From: Gaiellaceae bacterium | Lineage (GTDB): Bacteria; Actinomycetota; Thermoleophilia; Gaiellales; Gaiellaceae | Reading direction: 5' to 3' | Assembly: GCA_050698135.1 (NCBI GenBank) | Contig: JBOHBB010000166.1 | Coordinates: 1-50,082 of the forward strand | DNA: 50,082 nucleotides | Shown here: positions 1-9,814 of the stretch, one piece after another | Numbering within the stretch: the stretch's first letter is position 1 | Layout of the letters: each line of letters begins with the position of its first letter | The notes under the pieces: model-generated | Database searches by the model: none | What the model saw: the letters and a program-made list of their open reading frames with translations, nothing else | Told to the model about the DNA's origin: nothing | Made by a program: the position numbers and the translations under genes

Positions 1-3000
1 GGGGAGCGTGGCGCGCGCGCGCGCGAAGCGGCGCGGACGGCGCTCCGGGCGGGGGGACTCGTAGCGCCGGGCGGCGCGAAGCGGCGCCCAGGCGTCGTTC
101 GTGACCTCTCCGGCCCACACGAGGTCCCACAGGGCGGCGAGGGCATCCCCGGCGTCGAGCCCGGAGGCCGCGAGGAGATCGGCCCAGAACAGCGCACCCT
201 GCGCGAGCGCGACCCGCAGCGCCGTCTGCGCCGCGCCCTCGGGCGGTGCCTCGGCCGGCGGGGCGCCGAGGAGCGGAGCGTCCTCTCGGAAGTACAGGGC
301 GACGCGGTCGAGCCCGGCCCCGACCCACACCACGTCGCCCGACGCGCAGAGCCCGTCCAGATCGGCGGGTCGGTACCCGGGGACGCGGCGCGGGAGCACG
401 TCGCTCTCCCAGAGCGAGACCGGCAGGGCGACCGCCTGCAGCGGGACGAGAGCCTCACGGAGCGTCTGGCGCCGGCCGATCCCGTGCCACGCGGGGAGGA
501 AGCGGCCGAAGGCCGCCTGCTCCGCCGGCTCGACCTCGCGCCGGAGCACCGCGAGCGTCGCCCGGCGGATCCGGCGGAGGACGTCGGGATCGCACCACTC
601 GCGCTCGGTGCCGCCGGGCCGGATCTCGCCGCGTACGAGCGCTTCCTGCTGCTCGAGGGCGCGCAGCTCCGGCTCGACGTCGTCCGGCTCGAGCCCGAAG
701 CGTGCGGCCACCTCGGCGGTCGTGAACGGGCCGTGCGTCCGCGCGAACCGCCGCAGCACGACCACACGCGCCTCGGGGACCGGCTCGAGGAAGACGTTGG
801 GGACGCCGCCGGGCGGAACGACCCCGAACGCGTCGCGGAGGAGACCGGCGTCATCGACGGCGGCGAGGGCCTCGCCGCCTCGCATGCGCGCACGAAACGC
901 CCGCCGCTCCCGCAGGAGCGTCTCGGCGAAGCCCGCGTCGTGCTCGCCGTCGAGCAGCGGTCCCGCGCGGCGCAGCAGATCGTGGAGCTCGTCCGCGTTT
1001 CGCGGCACGAGCCGGAGCGAGGCCTCGACCTGCTCGATCGCGCCGGCGTCGAGCAGCTCGCGGAGCTCCTCGACGCCCATCAGCTCTCGGAGGAGGTCGC
1101 GGTCGAGCGAGAGCGCCTGCGCACGTCGCTCTTCGGGCGGCGTGTCGTCCTCGTACATGTACGTCGCGACGTAGTCGAACAGCAGCGAGGCTGCCATCGG
1201 CGACGCCGACTGGGTCTCGACCTCGACGAGGTCGAGCTCGCGGGTCTGGATCCCTTTCAGGATCCGGCGCAGCGCGGGAAGGTCGAAGACGTCCTGGAGG
1301 CACTCGCGATACGTCTCGAGCACGATCGGGAACTGCGGGTACCGGCGCGCGACCTGGAGGAGGCTCTGCGGCTTGAGCCGCTGCTGCCAGAGCGGCGTGC
1401 GCTGACCGGGACGGCGACGCGGGATGAGGAGCGCGCGCGAGGCGTTCTCGCGAAAGCGTGCGCCGAAGAGCGCGGACTGCCCGAGCTCGGCGAGGACGAG
1501 GTCCTCGATCTCCACCGGATCCAGCTGGAGGTCCGAGAGCGGCGGCGGTGCGTCCGAGTCGGGGAAGTGGAGGGCGATGCCGTCGTCCGACCAGAGCGAC
1601 TGCGCCTGGACGTCGAGGGTGTCGCGCAGCCTGGCCGCGAGCGCCATCGCCCACGGCGCGTGCACGCGCCCGCCGAACGGCGTGAGGACGCACACGCGCC
1701 AGTCCCCGATCTCGTCGCGGAAGCGCTCGACGACGACCGTCCGGTCGGAGGGGACGACCCCGGTCGAGCCCTCCTGCTCGCGAAGGAAGGTGACGAGGTT
1801 CCGCGCCGCACGCTCGTCGAGCCCGTACTCCCGCTCGAGCCGCGCGGCCGCGTCGCCGTCATCGCGCGCGACGAGGTCGCGGGTCGCGGCACCGATGAGC
1901 TCGCCGAGCTCCGCCGGCCGGCCGATCCCCTCTCCCTTCCAGAACGGCGCGACGCCCGGAACGCCAGGAGCCGGGGAGACGAGGACCCGGTCGCGGGTGA
2001 TGTCCTCGATCCGCCACGTCGAGGCCCCGAGGAGGAACGTCTGGCCCTCGCGGGCCTCGTACACCATCTCCTCGTCGAGCTCGCCCACGCGACCGCCTCC
2101 GTCCACGAGGAAGACGCCGAAGAGCCCACGGTCCGGGATCGTTCCGGCGTTCGTCACCGCCAGCCGCCGGGCGCCAGTGCGCCCGCGGACGACGCCTGCC
2201 GTGCGGTCCCAGACGATCCGCGGCCGGAGCTCTGCGAACTCGTCCGACGGGTAGCGGCCCGCCAGCATGTCGAGGACGTTCTCGAGCTGCGCGCGCGAGA
2301 GGTCTGAGAACGGATGGGCGCCGCGGACGAGCTCATGGAGCTCGTCGACCGAGACCTCTTCGTCGGCGCAGACGGCGACGACCTGCTGCGCGAGCACGTC
2401 GAGCGGGTTGCGCGGGATCGAGGTCTCTTCGATCGCCCCCTCGCGCATCGCCTTCGCGACGACGGCGCACTCGAGCAGGTCGGCGCGGAACTTCGGGAAG
2501 ATCCGCCCCTTCGAGACCGAGTGGAGATCGTGCCCGGCGCGACCCACCCGCTGCAGCCCCCTGGCGACCGACTTCGGGCTCTCGACCTGGATCACGAGGT
2601 CGACCGCGCCCATGTCGATCCCGAGCTCGAGCGACGAGGTCGCGACGAGGCATGGGATGGCGCCCGCCTTCAGGAGCTCCTCGACCTGCACGCGCTGCTC
2701 GCGCGCGAGCGAGCCGTGGTGTGCCCGCGCGAGCTCCTCGCCGGCGAGCTCGTTCAGGCGGAGCGCGAGCCGCTCTGCGAGGCGCCGGTTGTTGACGAAC
2801 ACGATCGTCGAGCGGTGCTCGCGGACGAGCTCGAGGATCGCCGGGTAGATCGACGGCCAGATCGAGCGGCTCGACTGCTCCACGCCCGGCCCCAGCTCCA
2901 CCCCGTCCGCAAGCGGGGGGACCGAGAGGTGCGCCGTCGAGCCGAGCTCGCGCATGTCGTCGAGCGGGACGACCACCTCGAGGTTGAGCTCCTTGCGTAT

Positions 3001-3642
3001 GCCCGCGTCGACGAGCTCGATCTGCCGACCCGTGCCCGCGACGAACCGTCCGATCTCGGCGAGCGGCCGCTGGGTCGCCGAGAGACCGATCCGCTGGAAC
3101 GGCGCCACGACGATCCGCTCCAGGCGCTCGAGGGAGAGCGCGAGGTGCGCGCCGCGCTTCGTCCCGGCGACCGAGTGCACCTCGTCGAGGATCACCGTTT
3201 CGATCCCGCGCAGCGTCTCGCGCGCCTGCGACGTGAGGAGCAGGAACAGGCTCTCGGGCGTGGTGATGAGGACGTCGGGCGGGGACTTGAGCATCCGCCG
3301 CCGCTCCTCGGCCGGGGTGTCACCGGTGCGCACCGCGACGGAGAGCTCCGAGCGCAGGCCCGCCAGCGGGCTGCGCAGGTTCCGCTCGATGTCGTAGTTG
3401 AGCGCCTTGAGCGGGGAGACGTAGAGCAGGCGGAGGCCCGTCCCCGGGGTCTCGTGCAGGCGGTCGATCCCGATCAGGAACGCCGCGAGCGTCTTCCCGG
3501 AGCCGGTGGGCGCCTGGATCAGGACGTGCCCGCCGCGCGCGATCGCCGGCCAGCCGAGCTCCTGGGCGGGAGTCGGGCCTGCGAAAGCGCGATCGAACCA
3601 CTCCCTCGTCCCCGCGGTGAAGACGTCGAGTGCGCCGCCCAC
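1..3642 (-). CDS. lhr: Lhr-family ATP-dependent DEAD/DEAH-box helicase (C-terminus runs off the left edge; 1214 codons visible)
   Basis: Own translation of the minus strand. The frame is open to the window edge, so it is absent from the ORF track. GTG start at 3642 gives GGALDVFTAGTREWFDRAFAGPTPAQELGWPAIARGGHVLIQAPTGSGKTLAAF (Walker A). Also present: ILDEVHS (DEVH box), GLSATQRP, HHGSLAREQR, ATSSLELGIDMG and QRVGRAGH (motif VI), followed by a long Lhr-type C-terminal extension. Confidence 0.9.
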   Translation of the reverse strand, partial: MGGALDVFTAGTREWFDRAFAGPTPAQELGWPAIARGGHVLIQAPTGSGKTLAAFLIGIDRLHETPGTGLRLLYVSPLKALNYDIERNLRSPLAGLRSELSVAVRTGDTPAEERRRMLKSPPDVLITTPESLFLLLTSQARETLRGIETVILDEVHSVAGTKRGAHLALSLERLERIVVAPFQRIGLSATQRPLAEIGRFVAGTGRQIELVDAGIRKELNLEVVVPLDDMRELGSTAHLSVPPLADGVELGPGVEQSSRSIWPSIYPAILELVREHRSTIVFVNNRRLAERLALRLNELAGEELARAHHGSLAREQRVQVEELLKAGAIPCLVATSSLELGIDMGAVDLVIQVESPKSVARGLQRVGRAGHDLHSVSKGRIFPKFRADLLECAVVAKAMREGAIEETSIPRNPLDVLAQQVVAVCADEEVSVDELHELVRGAHPFSDLSRAQLENVLDMLAGRYPSDEFAELRPRIVWDRTAGVVRGRTGARRLAVTNAGTIPDRGLFGVFLVDGGGRVGELDEEMVYEAREGQTFLLGASTWRIEDITRDRVLVSPAPGVPGVAPFWKGEGIGRPAELGELIGAATRDLVARDDGDAAARLEREYGLDERAARNLVTFLREQEGSTGVVPSDRTVVVERFRDEIGDWRVCVLTPFGGRVHAPWAMALAARLRDTLDVQAQSLWSDDGIALHFPDSDAPPPLSDLQLDPVEIEDLVLAELGQSALFGARFRENASRALLIPRRRPGQRTPLWQQRLKPQSLLQVARRYPQFPIVLETYRECLQDVFDLPALRRILKGIQTRELDLVEVETQSASPMAASLLFDYVATYMYEDDTPPEERRAQALSLDRDLLRELMGVEELRELLDAGAIEQVEASLRLVPRNADELHDLLRRAGPLLDGEHDAGFAETLLRERRAFRARMRGGEALAAVDDAGLLRDAFGVVPPGGVPNVFLEPVPEARVVVLRRFARTHGPFTTAEVAARFGLEPDDVEPELRALEQQEALVRGEIRPGGTEREWCDPDVLRRIRRATLAVLRREVEPAEQAAFGRFLPAWHGIGRRQTLREALVPLQAVALPVSLWESDVLPRRVPGYRPADLDGLCASGDVVWVGAGLDRVALYFREDAPLLGAPPAEAPPEGAAQTALRVALAQGALFWADLLAASGLDAGDALAALWDLVWAGEVTNDAWAPLRAARRYESPRPERRPRRFARARATLP

Positions 3643-3680
3643 GAGTTCGAGGGTACCTCGGTCGTCATAGGCTGCGCCCC

Positions 3681-5090
3681 GTGCGCTACGACGTCGTCGT
3701 CGTGGGGGGCGGAACCGCGGGGTGCGTGCTCGCCGCGCGGCTGAGCGAGAGCCCCGATCGCCGCGTCTGCCTCGTCGAGGCCGGCTCCGACTACGGGCCG
3801 TTCGAGGGCGGCCGCTGGCCGGCGGAGATCCTCGACTCGCGGGCGCTCCCGGCGGGCCACGACTGGGGACCGGGTGGCGAAGACGGGCGCAGCCTGGGCG
3901 GCCGTGTCCTCGGCGGCTCGTCAGCGGTCAACGCGTGCATGGTGGTAGCAGGCTCGCCCGCCGACTACGACGAGTGGGGCCCCGGCTGGTCGTACGAGGA
4001 CCTGCGGCCCTACCTGGAGCCGGCATCCGCGGAGCTTCGGACGGCACGGTCGAACACGGGTCGGCCCGCACGCTTCCAGTCGGCCTTCCTCGATGCCGCC
4101 GAGACCGCGGGCTTCGCGCGTCTCCACGATCCGAACGACCCCAGCGCACCGGTGGGCGTGGCGCCCTTCCCGGCGAACGTCGTCGACGGACGCCGCTGGA
4201 ACGCAGCGTTCGCCTACCTCGACCCGGCCCGTGACCGGCCGAACCTGACGATCGCAAGCGAGACGCTCGTCGACCGGGTCGCGCTCGACCGCTCCCGGGC
4301 GACGGGCGTCGTCACCGCGGACGGCAGCCTGATCGAGGCCGAGATCGTGCTGCTCGCCGCGGGCGCGTACTTCTCGCCCGCGATCCTCGCTCGCAGCGGC
4401 GTCGGGCCCGAACCGGAGCTGCGCAGGCTCGGCATCCCGATCGTCGAATCGCTGCCGGTCGGGGAGCGCTTGCTCGACCACTGTGGGACCGACGTCGCCT
4501 GGGACCTCGCTCCGCTGCTCCAGGCGGAGACGGACGTCGAGGCGTGCGGAGCGGGGCTCTTCGAGGCCCACGCCTTGGCGAAGGCGGCGAGCACGGCCTG
4601 CGAGCACGGCAGCTGGGACCTCCATCTCCTGCCCTGGATCTCCGCCACGGGGGCCGGGTACAGGGCGAGCATCATCGCGTTCCACCTGAAACCGCTCTCG
4701 GCCGGACGGGTGCGACTCCGCTCCGCCGACCCTGTCGACCCGCCGATCGTCGAGCGCGGTTTCCTCACTCGCGAGGAGGACCTCGTCCCGCTGGTCGAGG
4801 GGATCGAGCTCGCTCGCGCGATCGGGGCCGCCGAGCCGCTGCTAGACCTGCTCGCCGCCGAGCTCTCGCCGGGCTCGGCCGATCCGGAGCAGTACGTGCG
4901 CGGCACGATCCGCAGCTACTTCCACCCGGCCGGGACCTGCCCGCTCGGGACGGTGGTGGACGCGCACGGCCGCGTGCTCGGGATCGAAGGGCTGTACGTC
5001 GCGGACGCGTCCTTCATGCCGACGATCCCGCGCGCGAACACGAACCTGACGACCGCCGTGATCGCCGAGCGCATCGCGGCGACGTTCTGA
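3681..5090 (+). CDS. GMC-family FAD-dependent oxidoreductase (choline dehydrogenase-like)
   Basis: ORF 3630..5090. I moved the start to GTG 3681 so that the FAD fingerprint YDVVVVGGGTAGCVLAARLSE is N-terminal. C-terminal GMC signature: HPAGTCPLG...GLYVADASFMPTIPRANTN. Confidence 0.85.
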   Translation: MRYDVVVVGGGTAGCVLAARLSESPDRRVCLVEAGSDYGPFEGGRWPAEILDSRALPAGHDWGPGGEDGRSLGGRVLGGSSAVNACMVVAGSPADYDEWGPGWSYEDLRPYLEPASAELRTARSNTGRPARFQSAFLDAAETAGFARLHDPNDPSAPVGVAPFPANVVDGRRWNAAFAYLDPARDRPNLTIASETLVDRVALDRSRATGVVTADGSLIEAEIVLLAAGAYFSPAILARSGVGPEPELRRLGIPIVESLPVGERLLDHCGTDVAWDLAPLLQAETDVEACGAGLFEAHALAKAASTACEHGSWDLHLLPWISATGAGYRASIIAFHLKPLSAGRVRLRSADPVDPPIVERGFLTREEDLVPLVEGIELARAIGAAEPLLDLLAAELSPGSADPEQYVRGTIRSYFHPAGTCPLGTVVDAHGRVLGIEGLYVADASFMPTIPRANTNLTTAVIAERIAATF

Positions 5091-5117
5091 CGGCGCCTCG
5101 CGTCTACTATCGGGTGG

Positions 5118-5678
5118 ATGGCCGAGGCGCTCTACTTCACGGAATCGCAGGAGGCTAACGAGCTCATCGCCCGCGAACCCCTCGCGCTCCTGATCGGGTT
5201 CGCGCTCGACCAGCAGGTAACCGTCCCGACGGCGTTCGCCGGCCCGCTGAAGCTGCAGCAGCGGATCGGGGAGCTCGACGCGTCCCGGATCGCCGCCATG
5301 GACCCGGCCGCGCTCGAGGAGGCCTTCCGGCAGAAGCCGGCGATCCACCGCTTCCCGGGTGCGATGGCACGGCGCGTGCAGGAGCTCTGCGCGCTCGTCG
5401 CCGACGAGTACGAAGGCCACGCCGAGCGGGTGTGGACGGAGGCCGAGGATGCGTCCGACCTCCGCCGCCGGATCGGGGCGCTCCCCGGCTTCGGGGAGAT
5501 GAAGGTCACCGGCCTCGGGTCCGTGCTCGCGCTCCGCTTCGGGGTCGACGCGGCGTCCGAGCTCGTGCCGGATCACCCGTGCCTCGGAGGAGTGGACTCG
5601 CCACAGGCACTCGCGGACTACCAGGCCGCGAAGCGCGCCCACAAGAAAGCCCGTCGAGAGGAACTTCGGACCACCTAG
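5118..5678 (+). CDS. HhH-GPD-type base-excision-repair family protein (uncharacterised subgroup)
   Basis: ORF 5118..5678 has high GC3 and a helix-hairpin-helix-like segment (IGALPGFGEMKVTGLGSVL). It resembles the short actinobacterial HhH-GPD-type proteins. Confidence 0.55.
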   Translation: MAEALYFTESQEANELIAREPLALLIGFALDQQVTVPTAFAGPLKLQQRIGELDASRIAAMDPAALEEAFRQKPAIHRFPGAMARRVQELCALVADEYEGHAERVWTEAEDASDLRRRIGALPGFGEMKVTGLGSVLALRFGVDAASELVPDHPCLGGVDSPQALADYQAAKRAHKKARREELRTT

Positions 5679-6115
5679 GCACTGGGCGTGAGTCCGTGTC
5701 TGCGCATGACTTCGCCCAGCGCGGCGAAGTCCGGCGGACCGCCGGCCGCAGCGCCGAGGATGATCGCGACCTCGCGGAAGTAGTCGGGACCCAGGACGCC
5801 GGGGGTGACGATCGCTAGCTGCCGTGCGTCGACATCGCCCACGTTGTCGAACTGGTGGACGGCGCCTCGCGGGATGACGAGCGTCTCGCCGGGACCGACG
5901 TCGGTGCGAACACCTTCGACAGTCCACTCCAAGACACCCTCGAGCCCGTAGATCGTCTCCTCGTACCCGTCGTGGCTGTGTCCAGCGGCGACCTTGGAGC
6001 CGGCGGGAACGTCGAACTCGAACACCGCGACCGATCCGTCCGACTCCTCGCCCTCGACCAGGAACCGAATCGCCAACTGCCCCACCGTGATCTCTTCGCG
6101 TATGACGGTTGCCAT
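5675..6115 (-). CDS. Cupin domain protein
   Basis: Both cupin motifs are present: AGHSHDGYEETIYGLEG and GPGETLVIPRGAVHQFDN. The start is set at ATG 6115, preceded by GAGGAGGAG. The ORF-track start at 6181 would overlap the marR start. Confidence 0.8.
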   Translation of the reverse strand: MATVIREEITVGQLAIRFLVEGEESDGSVAVFEFDVPAGSKVAAGHSHDGYEETIYGLEGVLEWTVEGVRTDVGPGETLVIPRGAVHQFDNVGDVDARQLAIVTPGVLGPDYFREVAIILGAAAGGPPDFAALGEVMRRHGLTPSA

Positions 6116-6159
6116 CGTGACTCCTCCTCGCGCTAGATGGTAAAGTGACTTGACTATAC

Positions 6160-6639
6160 ATGTCAGATCCCAGTTCGTCAAGCCCCTTTACTAAACCCGC
6201 GCCGTGGCCCAAGCAGGCGTTCGGGCCGCCGCTGATCGGCGCGCTCCTGCGCATGCCCTGGGACGACGTGCAGCGGCACATGCTCGAGCGCCTGCACGAG
6301 GAGGGCTTCGACGACTTCGATGCCGCATACCTGACGGTGTTCCAGTACCCCGGGCCCCAAGGTGCGAGGCCTTCCGAGCTCGCCGCTCGCCTGCGAATGA
6401 GCAAGCAGGCCCTCAATCATCTGCTCGGCGCGCTCGGGCGCCTCGGCTACCTCGAGCGCCGCCCGGATCCCGACGACCTGCGCTCCAAGCGAGTCGTTCT
6501 CACGCCGCGGGGCGCAGCGGTGATCGACGTGATCCGCGAGGCGGTCTCCGAGATGGAGTCCAGGTGGGCAGACCAACTCGGCCCTGACCGGTTCGCCGAG
6601 CTCCGCAAGCTTCTTCTCGCGCTCAACCGGATCGAGTAG
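6160..6639 (+). CDS. MarR-family transcriptional regulator
   Basis: Winged-helix segment ARPSELAARLRMSKQALNHLLGALGRLGYLERRPDPDDLRSKRVVLTPRG. The gene is divergent from the cupin gene across an AT-richer 44-nt spacer. Confidence 0.85.
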   Translation: MSDPSSSSPFTKPAPWPKQAFGPPLIGALLRMPWDDVQRHMLERLHEEGFDDFDAAYLTVFQYPGPQGARPSELAARLRMSKQALNHLLGALGRLGYLERRPDPDDLRSKRVVLTPRGAAVIDVIREAVSEMESRWADQLGPDRFAELRKLLLALNRIE

Positions 6640-6780
6640 ACGTCTGCCTCCCGGAGAAGCGCGCACGAGGCCTCGCTACGCGCCGCCAGACCGCGTGACG
6701 GATGCCTCGAGCCCTCGGTGCGGCGTCGAGATCCGGCTTCTGTCCTACCGGCCCACACGGGTCCACCGCCGCCCGAGAAC

Positions 6781-6808
6781 GGCGCCCGGCGCGGGACGCG
6801 CCGGCGCC
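6781..6808. terminator. GC-rich hairpin between convergent genes (possible bidirectional terminator)
   Basis: ggcgcccggcgcg-gga-cgcgccggcgcc forms a 12-bp stem with one bulged C and a 3-nt loop. There is no U-tract. Confidence 0.3.
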
Positions 6809-6832
6809 GATCCTGGGCGGAGCGTGCTCCTC

Positions 6833-8459
6833 CTACGGTGAGACCGTGAGTCGGTCGCCGTAGATGTTCTGGTTGCGGTTGCCCGTGTTGTTCGTCGGCG
6901 GTCCCGCAGCGGGGTCGACATCGCACGGACTCACATTGCGGTTGTCCGCCCACGTGACGTGAACGACGTGGTTCGCCCCGTCCCAGCTGGCGTCGAGCTC
7001 GTTGTAGTCGCCGTGGAACGCTGCGGTCCCACCTCCGAAGGTCAGGCAGTTGCCGTTGTGCGAGACGTCCGTGACGCGGACGTTCTCGCTGAACGTCGGA
7101 TAGGTGAAGCCCGCGCAGTCCGTGCAGGCGTAGAACACGTCGAGCGCCTCGTTGGCGGCTGTCGTGCTCAGCCGGAAGTCGTACCAGGCGGCGTGCAGCG
7201 CACCGTTCGAGACGTCGATCGTCGGGAAGATCTGGTGCCGTGCGCCCGGATCCTCGTTCATCCGCACCGGCGCCCCCCACGTCGCGCCGCCGTTCGTCGA
7301 GCGCTGCACGTAGACGTCGTAGTCGCCGGACAACGACTGTTACGCGACGTAGACGACGTCCGAGTCCGTGTCGTCAGCGGCGACGAAGGCGAACGTCGGC
7401 GTGCGGAACGCGACTCCGGGAGCCTGTCCACCCGTGAGCGTGCCGACGACGACGGGCTGGCTCCACTTGACGCCGCAGTCGGTCGACTTCACGAGGCTGA
7501 TCGTGTTCGCGCCGGTGCTCCGCTCGAAGGCGTTGTAGGCGACGTAGACGGTGCCGTCCGGCCCGACGGCGATGTCGGAGCCCTGGTTGTTCGGCGTTCC
7601 ACCCGGACCTCCGGTGGAGATCGTCTTCGGCCCCGTGAACGTGACTCCACCGTCCGAGGACGAGCTGAACACGATCGGCGAGGAGCCCGAGTGCGTGGAA
7701 GTTGGTGTGGGTGACGTACACGTTCCCCGCGCACGGGCTCGAGGAGGGTGCGTTCGTGTCGACCTCCATCCACTCCTTGTCCGTGAACGTGCCGGCGAAA
7801 CCGGCAACTCCCGGGACGGCGAAGCCGACAGCGCCTCGGTCGACCACGGTCGTCCGGGTGTACGTGAAGTTCGGCGGGTTCGCGGCCGAGCTCGGCGTGC
7901 TCGTCCCGCCCGGCGTGCCTGGCGTGTAGTTGTACTTCGCCACGTAGACGAGGTTGTCGACCGGCCGGTCCGGCTGGTCGAAGTCGCGGTTGAAGGCGAT
8001 CGCGGCGACGTACAGGTTCCCGGCGGCGTCGAACCTCACGACCGGGTCGCCGGATGCGTCGAGGCCTCGGAGCGGCGACGCGAGGCCCGCCGCTGACGTA
8101 TCGGTCGTGAAGCCCGGGACCATGGTGTTGAACCACGACGCCCCGCCGTCCGACGAGACGTAGACGCCGAGCCAGACGTCGCCCGCGACCGTCACCATCC
8201 GGTAGTCGTTCGCGCCGGCCGCGACGATGTTCGGGTTCGCTGGGCTTATCACCGTGGTCGTCTCGTTCGACTGGCGGTTCTGCGCGTCGAAGGACGGGTT
8301 CGGCGTCCCGCCGTCGACGTTGTTGTTGTCCAGCGTGACCTTCACGTCGATCCCGTCCGTCGCATGCGCCCCGAGTGCGCTCGGCACGGCGATGACGAGC
8401 ATGCTCGCGGCTGCTACGAGGACCGCGCGGCGAAGGTGCTGGCGTGCAAACGACCTCAT
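6833..8459 (-). pseudogene. BNR/Asp-box repeat (sialidase-like beta-propeller) secreted protein, apparently disrupted by one frameshift (about 7690-7697) and one in-frame TAA (7340-7342)
   Basis: Three ORF-track pieces join into one protein.
- Piece 1 runs from 8459 to about 7695, with signal peptide MRSFARQHLRRAVLVAAASMLVIAVPSALG and Asp-box SSDGGASW, and ends ...CAGNVYVTHTNFH.
- Piece 2 is in the +1 frame and begins ...HSGSSPIVFSSSSDGGVTF, with KSTDCGVKW further on.
- Piece 2 ends ...DSDVVYVA-TAA, and the same frame then continues QSLSGDYDVYVQRSTNGGATW to the stop at 6833. Confidence 0.7.
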
Positions 8460-8656
8460 GGCTATCCCCCTTTGCCAGTTGGCTGTTCGACCAGACGCGG
8501 CCGACCGCAACAAACGAGCACCGCACACGCCGCAGTCCGCCTGGAGCCCAGGACGTACGCTAGGGCCTCCATGGCTGGCCCGCCTCCCTCCTCGACGGGC
8601 GATCCGACAGACCGGGAAGCGCGCGCACAGACAATGCTTCACGCCGCCCAGACCGC

Positions 8657-9724
8657 ATGACCGAGCCCGCCGCAGCCTCGGCGGTCGAGCTCACGACGCT
8701 CTCGGACGGCGCCCAGCGCCCCGCCGACGTCGCGCGGGGCATCGCGGCGTTCCTCGCTCGGGCGGAGCGAACGCTCGACATCGCGGTCTACGACGTCCGC
8801 TTCGAGACCGACGCCGGGGCGCTCGTCCTTGCGGCCCTGCTCGCAGCGGTCCAGCGCGGCGTCGCCGTGCGACTGCTCTACAACGTCGCCCACCCTGGCC
8901 CCATCCCGGTCCCACCGCCTCCTGAGACAGCGCCGGAGGCGATCGAGGCGCTCCCGGTGGACACACGTGGCATCGCGGGGGTCCCCGACCTCATGCACCA
9001 CAAGTTCGTCGTCCGCGACGGAGCCGCAGTGTGGACGGGGTCGACGAACTGGACCGACGACTCGTGGTCGCGCCAGGAGAACGTCATCGTCACGGTCGCC
9101 GCGCCGGAGATCGCCTACGCGTACGCGCTCGCCTTCGAGCAGATGTGGACGAGCGGGACGGTCGAGGACACGGGCGACGTCGAGCCGCGCCCGCAGGACG
9201 TCGACGGCATGCGCGTTCGCGCGTGGTTCTGTCCCGAGTACGGCGAGGCGCTCTCGCATCGGATCGCGAAGCACATCGGGAAGGCGCGGAAGCGCGTCCG
9301 GATCGCGTCCCCGGTGATCACGTCCGGGCCGATCCTGGGCACGCTCGTCGAGGTGGTGAAGGAGGGCCGCAGCGACCTCGCGGGCGTCGTAGACGACACC
9401 CAGGTCGACCAGGTCTTCTACCAATGGAAGACGAACGGCGTGAGCGAGTGGAAGATCCCGCTCCTGCGCACCGTGATCGAGGGCGCGCCGTGGAGCGGCA
9501 AGGTCACCACCCCGTGGACCCCGGGCTCGGTCCACGACTTCATGCACGCGAAGGTCGTCGTCGCGGACGGCACGGCGTTCGTGGGGAGCTTCAACCTCTC
9601 CCGCTCGGGCGAGCGGAACGCGGAGAACGTCCTCGAGTTCGGGGACGCGGCGCTCGCCGACCGGCTCGCCGCATACATCGACGAGGTGCGCGCGCGCTAT
9701 CCGCAGGCGACTCCTCCCGGCTGA
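8657..9724 (+). CDS. Phospholipase D-like protein with two HKD motifs
   Basis: HHKFVVRDGAAVWTGSTNWT and HAKVVVADGTAFVGSFNLS are two HxK(x)4D...GSxN motifs. No signal peptide. Confidence 0.85.
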   Translation: MTEPAAASAVELTTLSDGAQRPADVARGIAAFLARAERTLDIAVYDVRFETDAGALVLAALLAAVQRGVAVRLLYNVAHPGPIPVPPPPETAPEAIEALPVDTRGIAGVPDLMHHKFVVRDGAAVWTGSTNWTDDSWSRQENVIVTVAAPEIAYAYALAFEQMWTSGTVEDTGDVEPRPQDVDGMRVRAWFCPEYGEALSHRIAKHIGKARKRVRIASPVITSGPILGTLVEVVKEGRSDLAGVVDDTQVDQVFYQWKTNGVSEWKIPLLRTVIEGAPWSGKVTTPWTPGSVHDFMHAKVVVADGTAFVGSFNLSRSGERNAENVLEFGDAALADRLAAYIDEVRARYPQATPPG

Positions 9725-9744
9725 GCTTCCACGCACTGAAAGAG

Positions 9745-9770
9745 CTGGGGGAACCTCCCGGTTCCCCCAG
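9745..9770. terminator. Perfect 11-bp hairpin between convergent PLD and CHRD genes
   Basis: ctgggggaacc-tccc-ggttcccccag. The arms are exact reverse complements with a 4-nt loop. No U-tract. Confidence 0.45.
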
Positions 9771-9814
9771 ACCCCCTCCACTGGTCCGCTTCCGCGGACA
9801 AGGCGCTTTCGCGC

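Noticed and set aside
11-25. Alternating (GC)n tract gcgcgcgcgcgcgcg near the left edge (Z-DNA-prone).
   Set aside because: It lies inside the lhr coding frame (…FARARAT…), it is short, and it is explained by Ala/Arg codons in GC-rich DNA.
3630-3680. ORF-track start at 3630 for the GMC oxidoreductase.
   Set aside because: It would add 17 arginine-rich residues ahead of the FAD fingerprint and overlap the lhr start at 3642. GTG 3681 places YDVVVVGGGTAG at the N-terminus as in family members.
1-9724. Lhr helicase plus HKD/PLD protein as parts of one defence system.
   Set aside because: They are about 5 kb apart on opposite strands, separated by unrelated metabolic and regulatory genes. The Lhr sequence looks like the housekeeping actinobacterial type.
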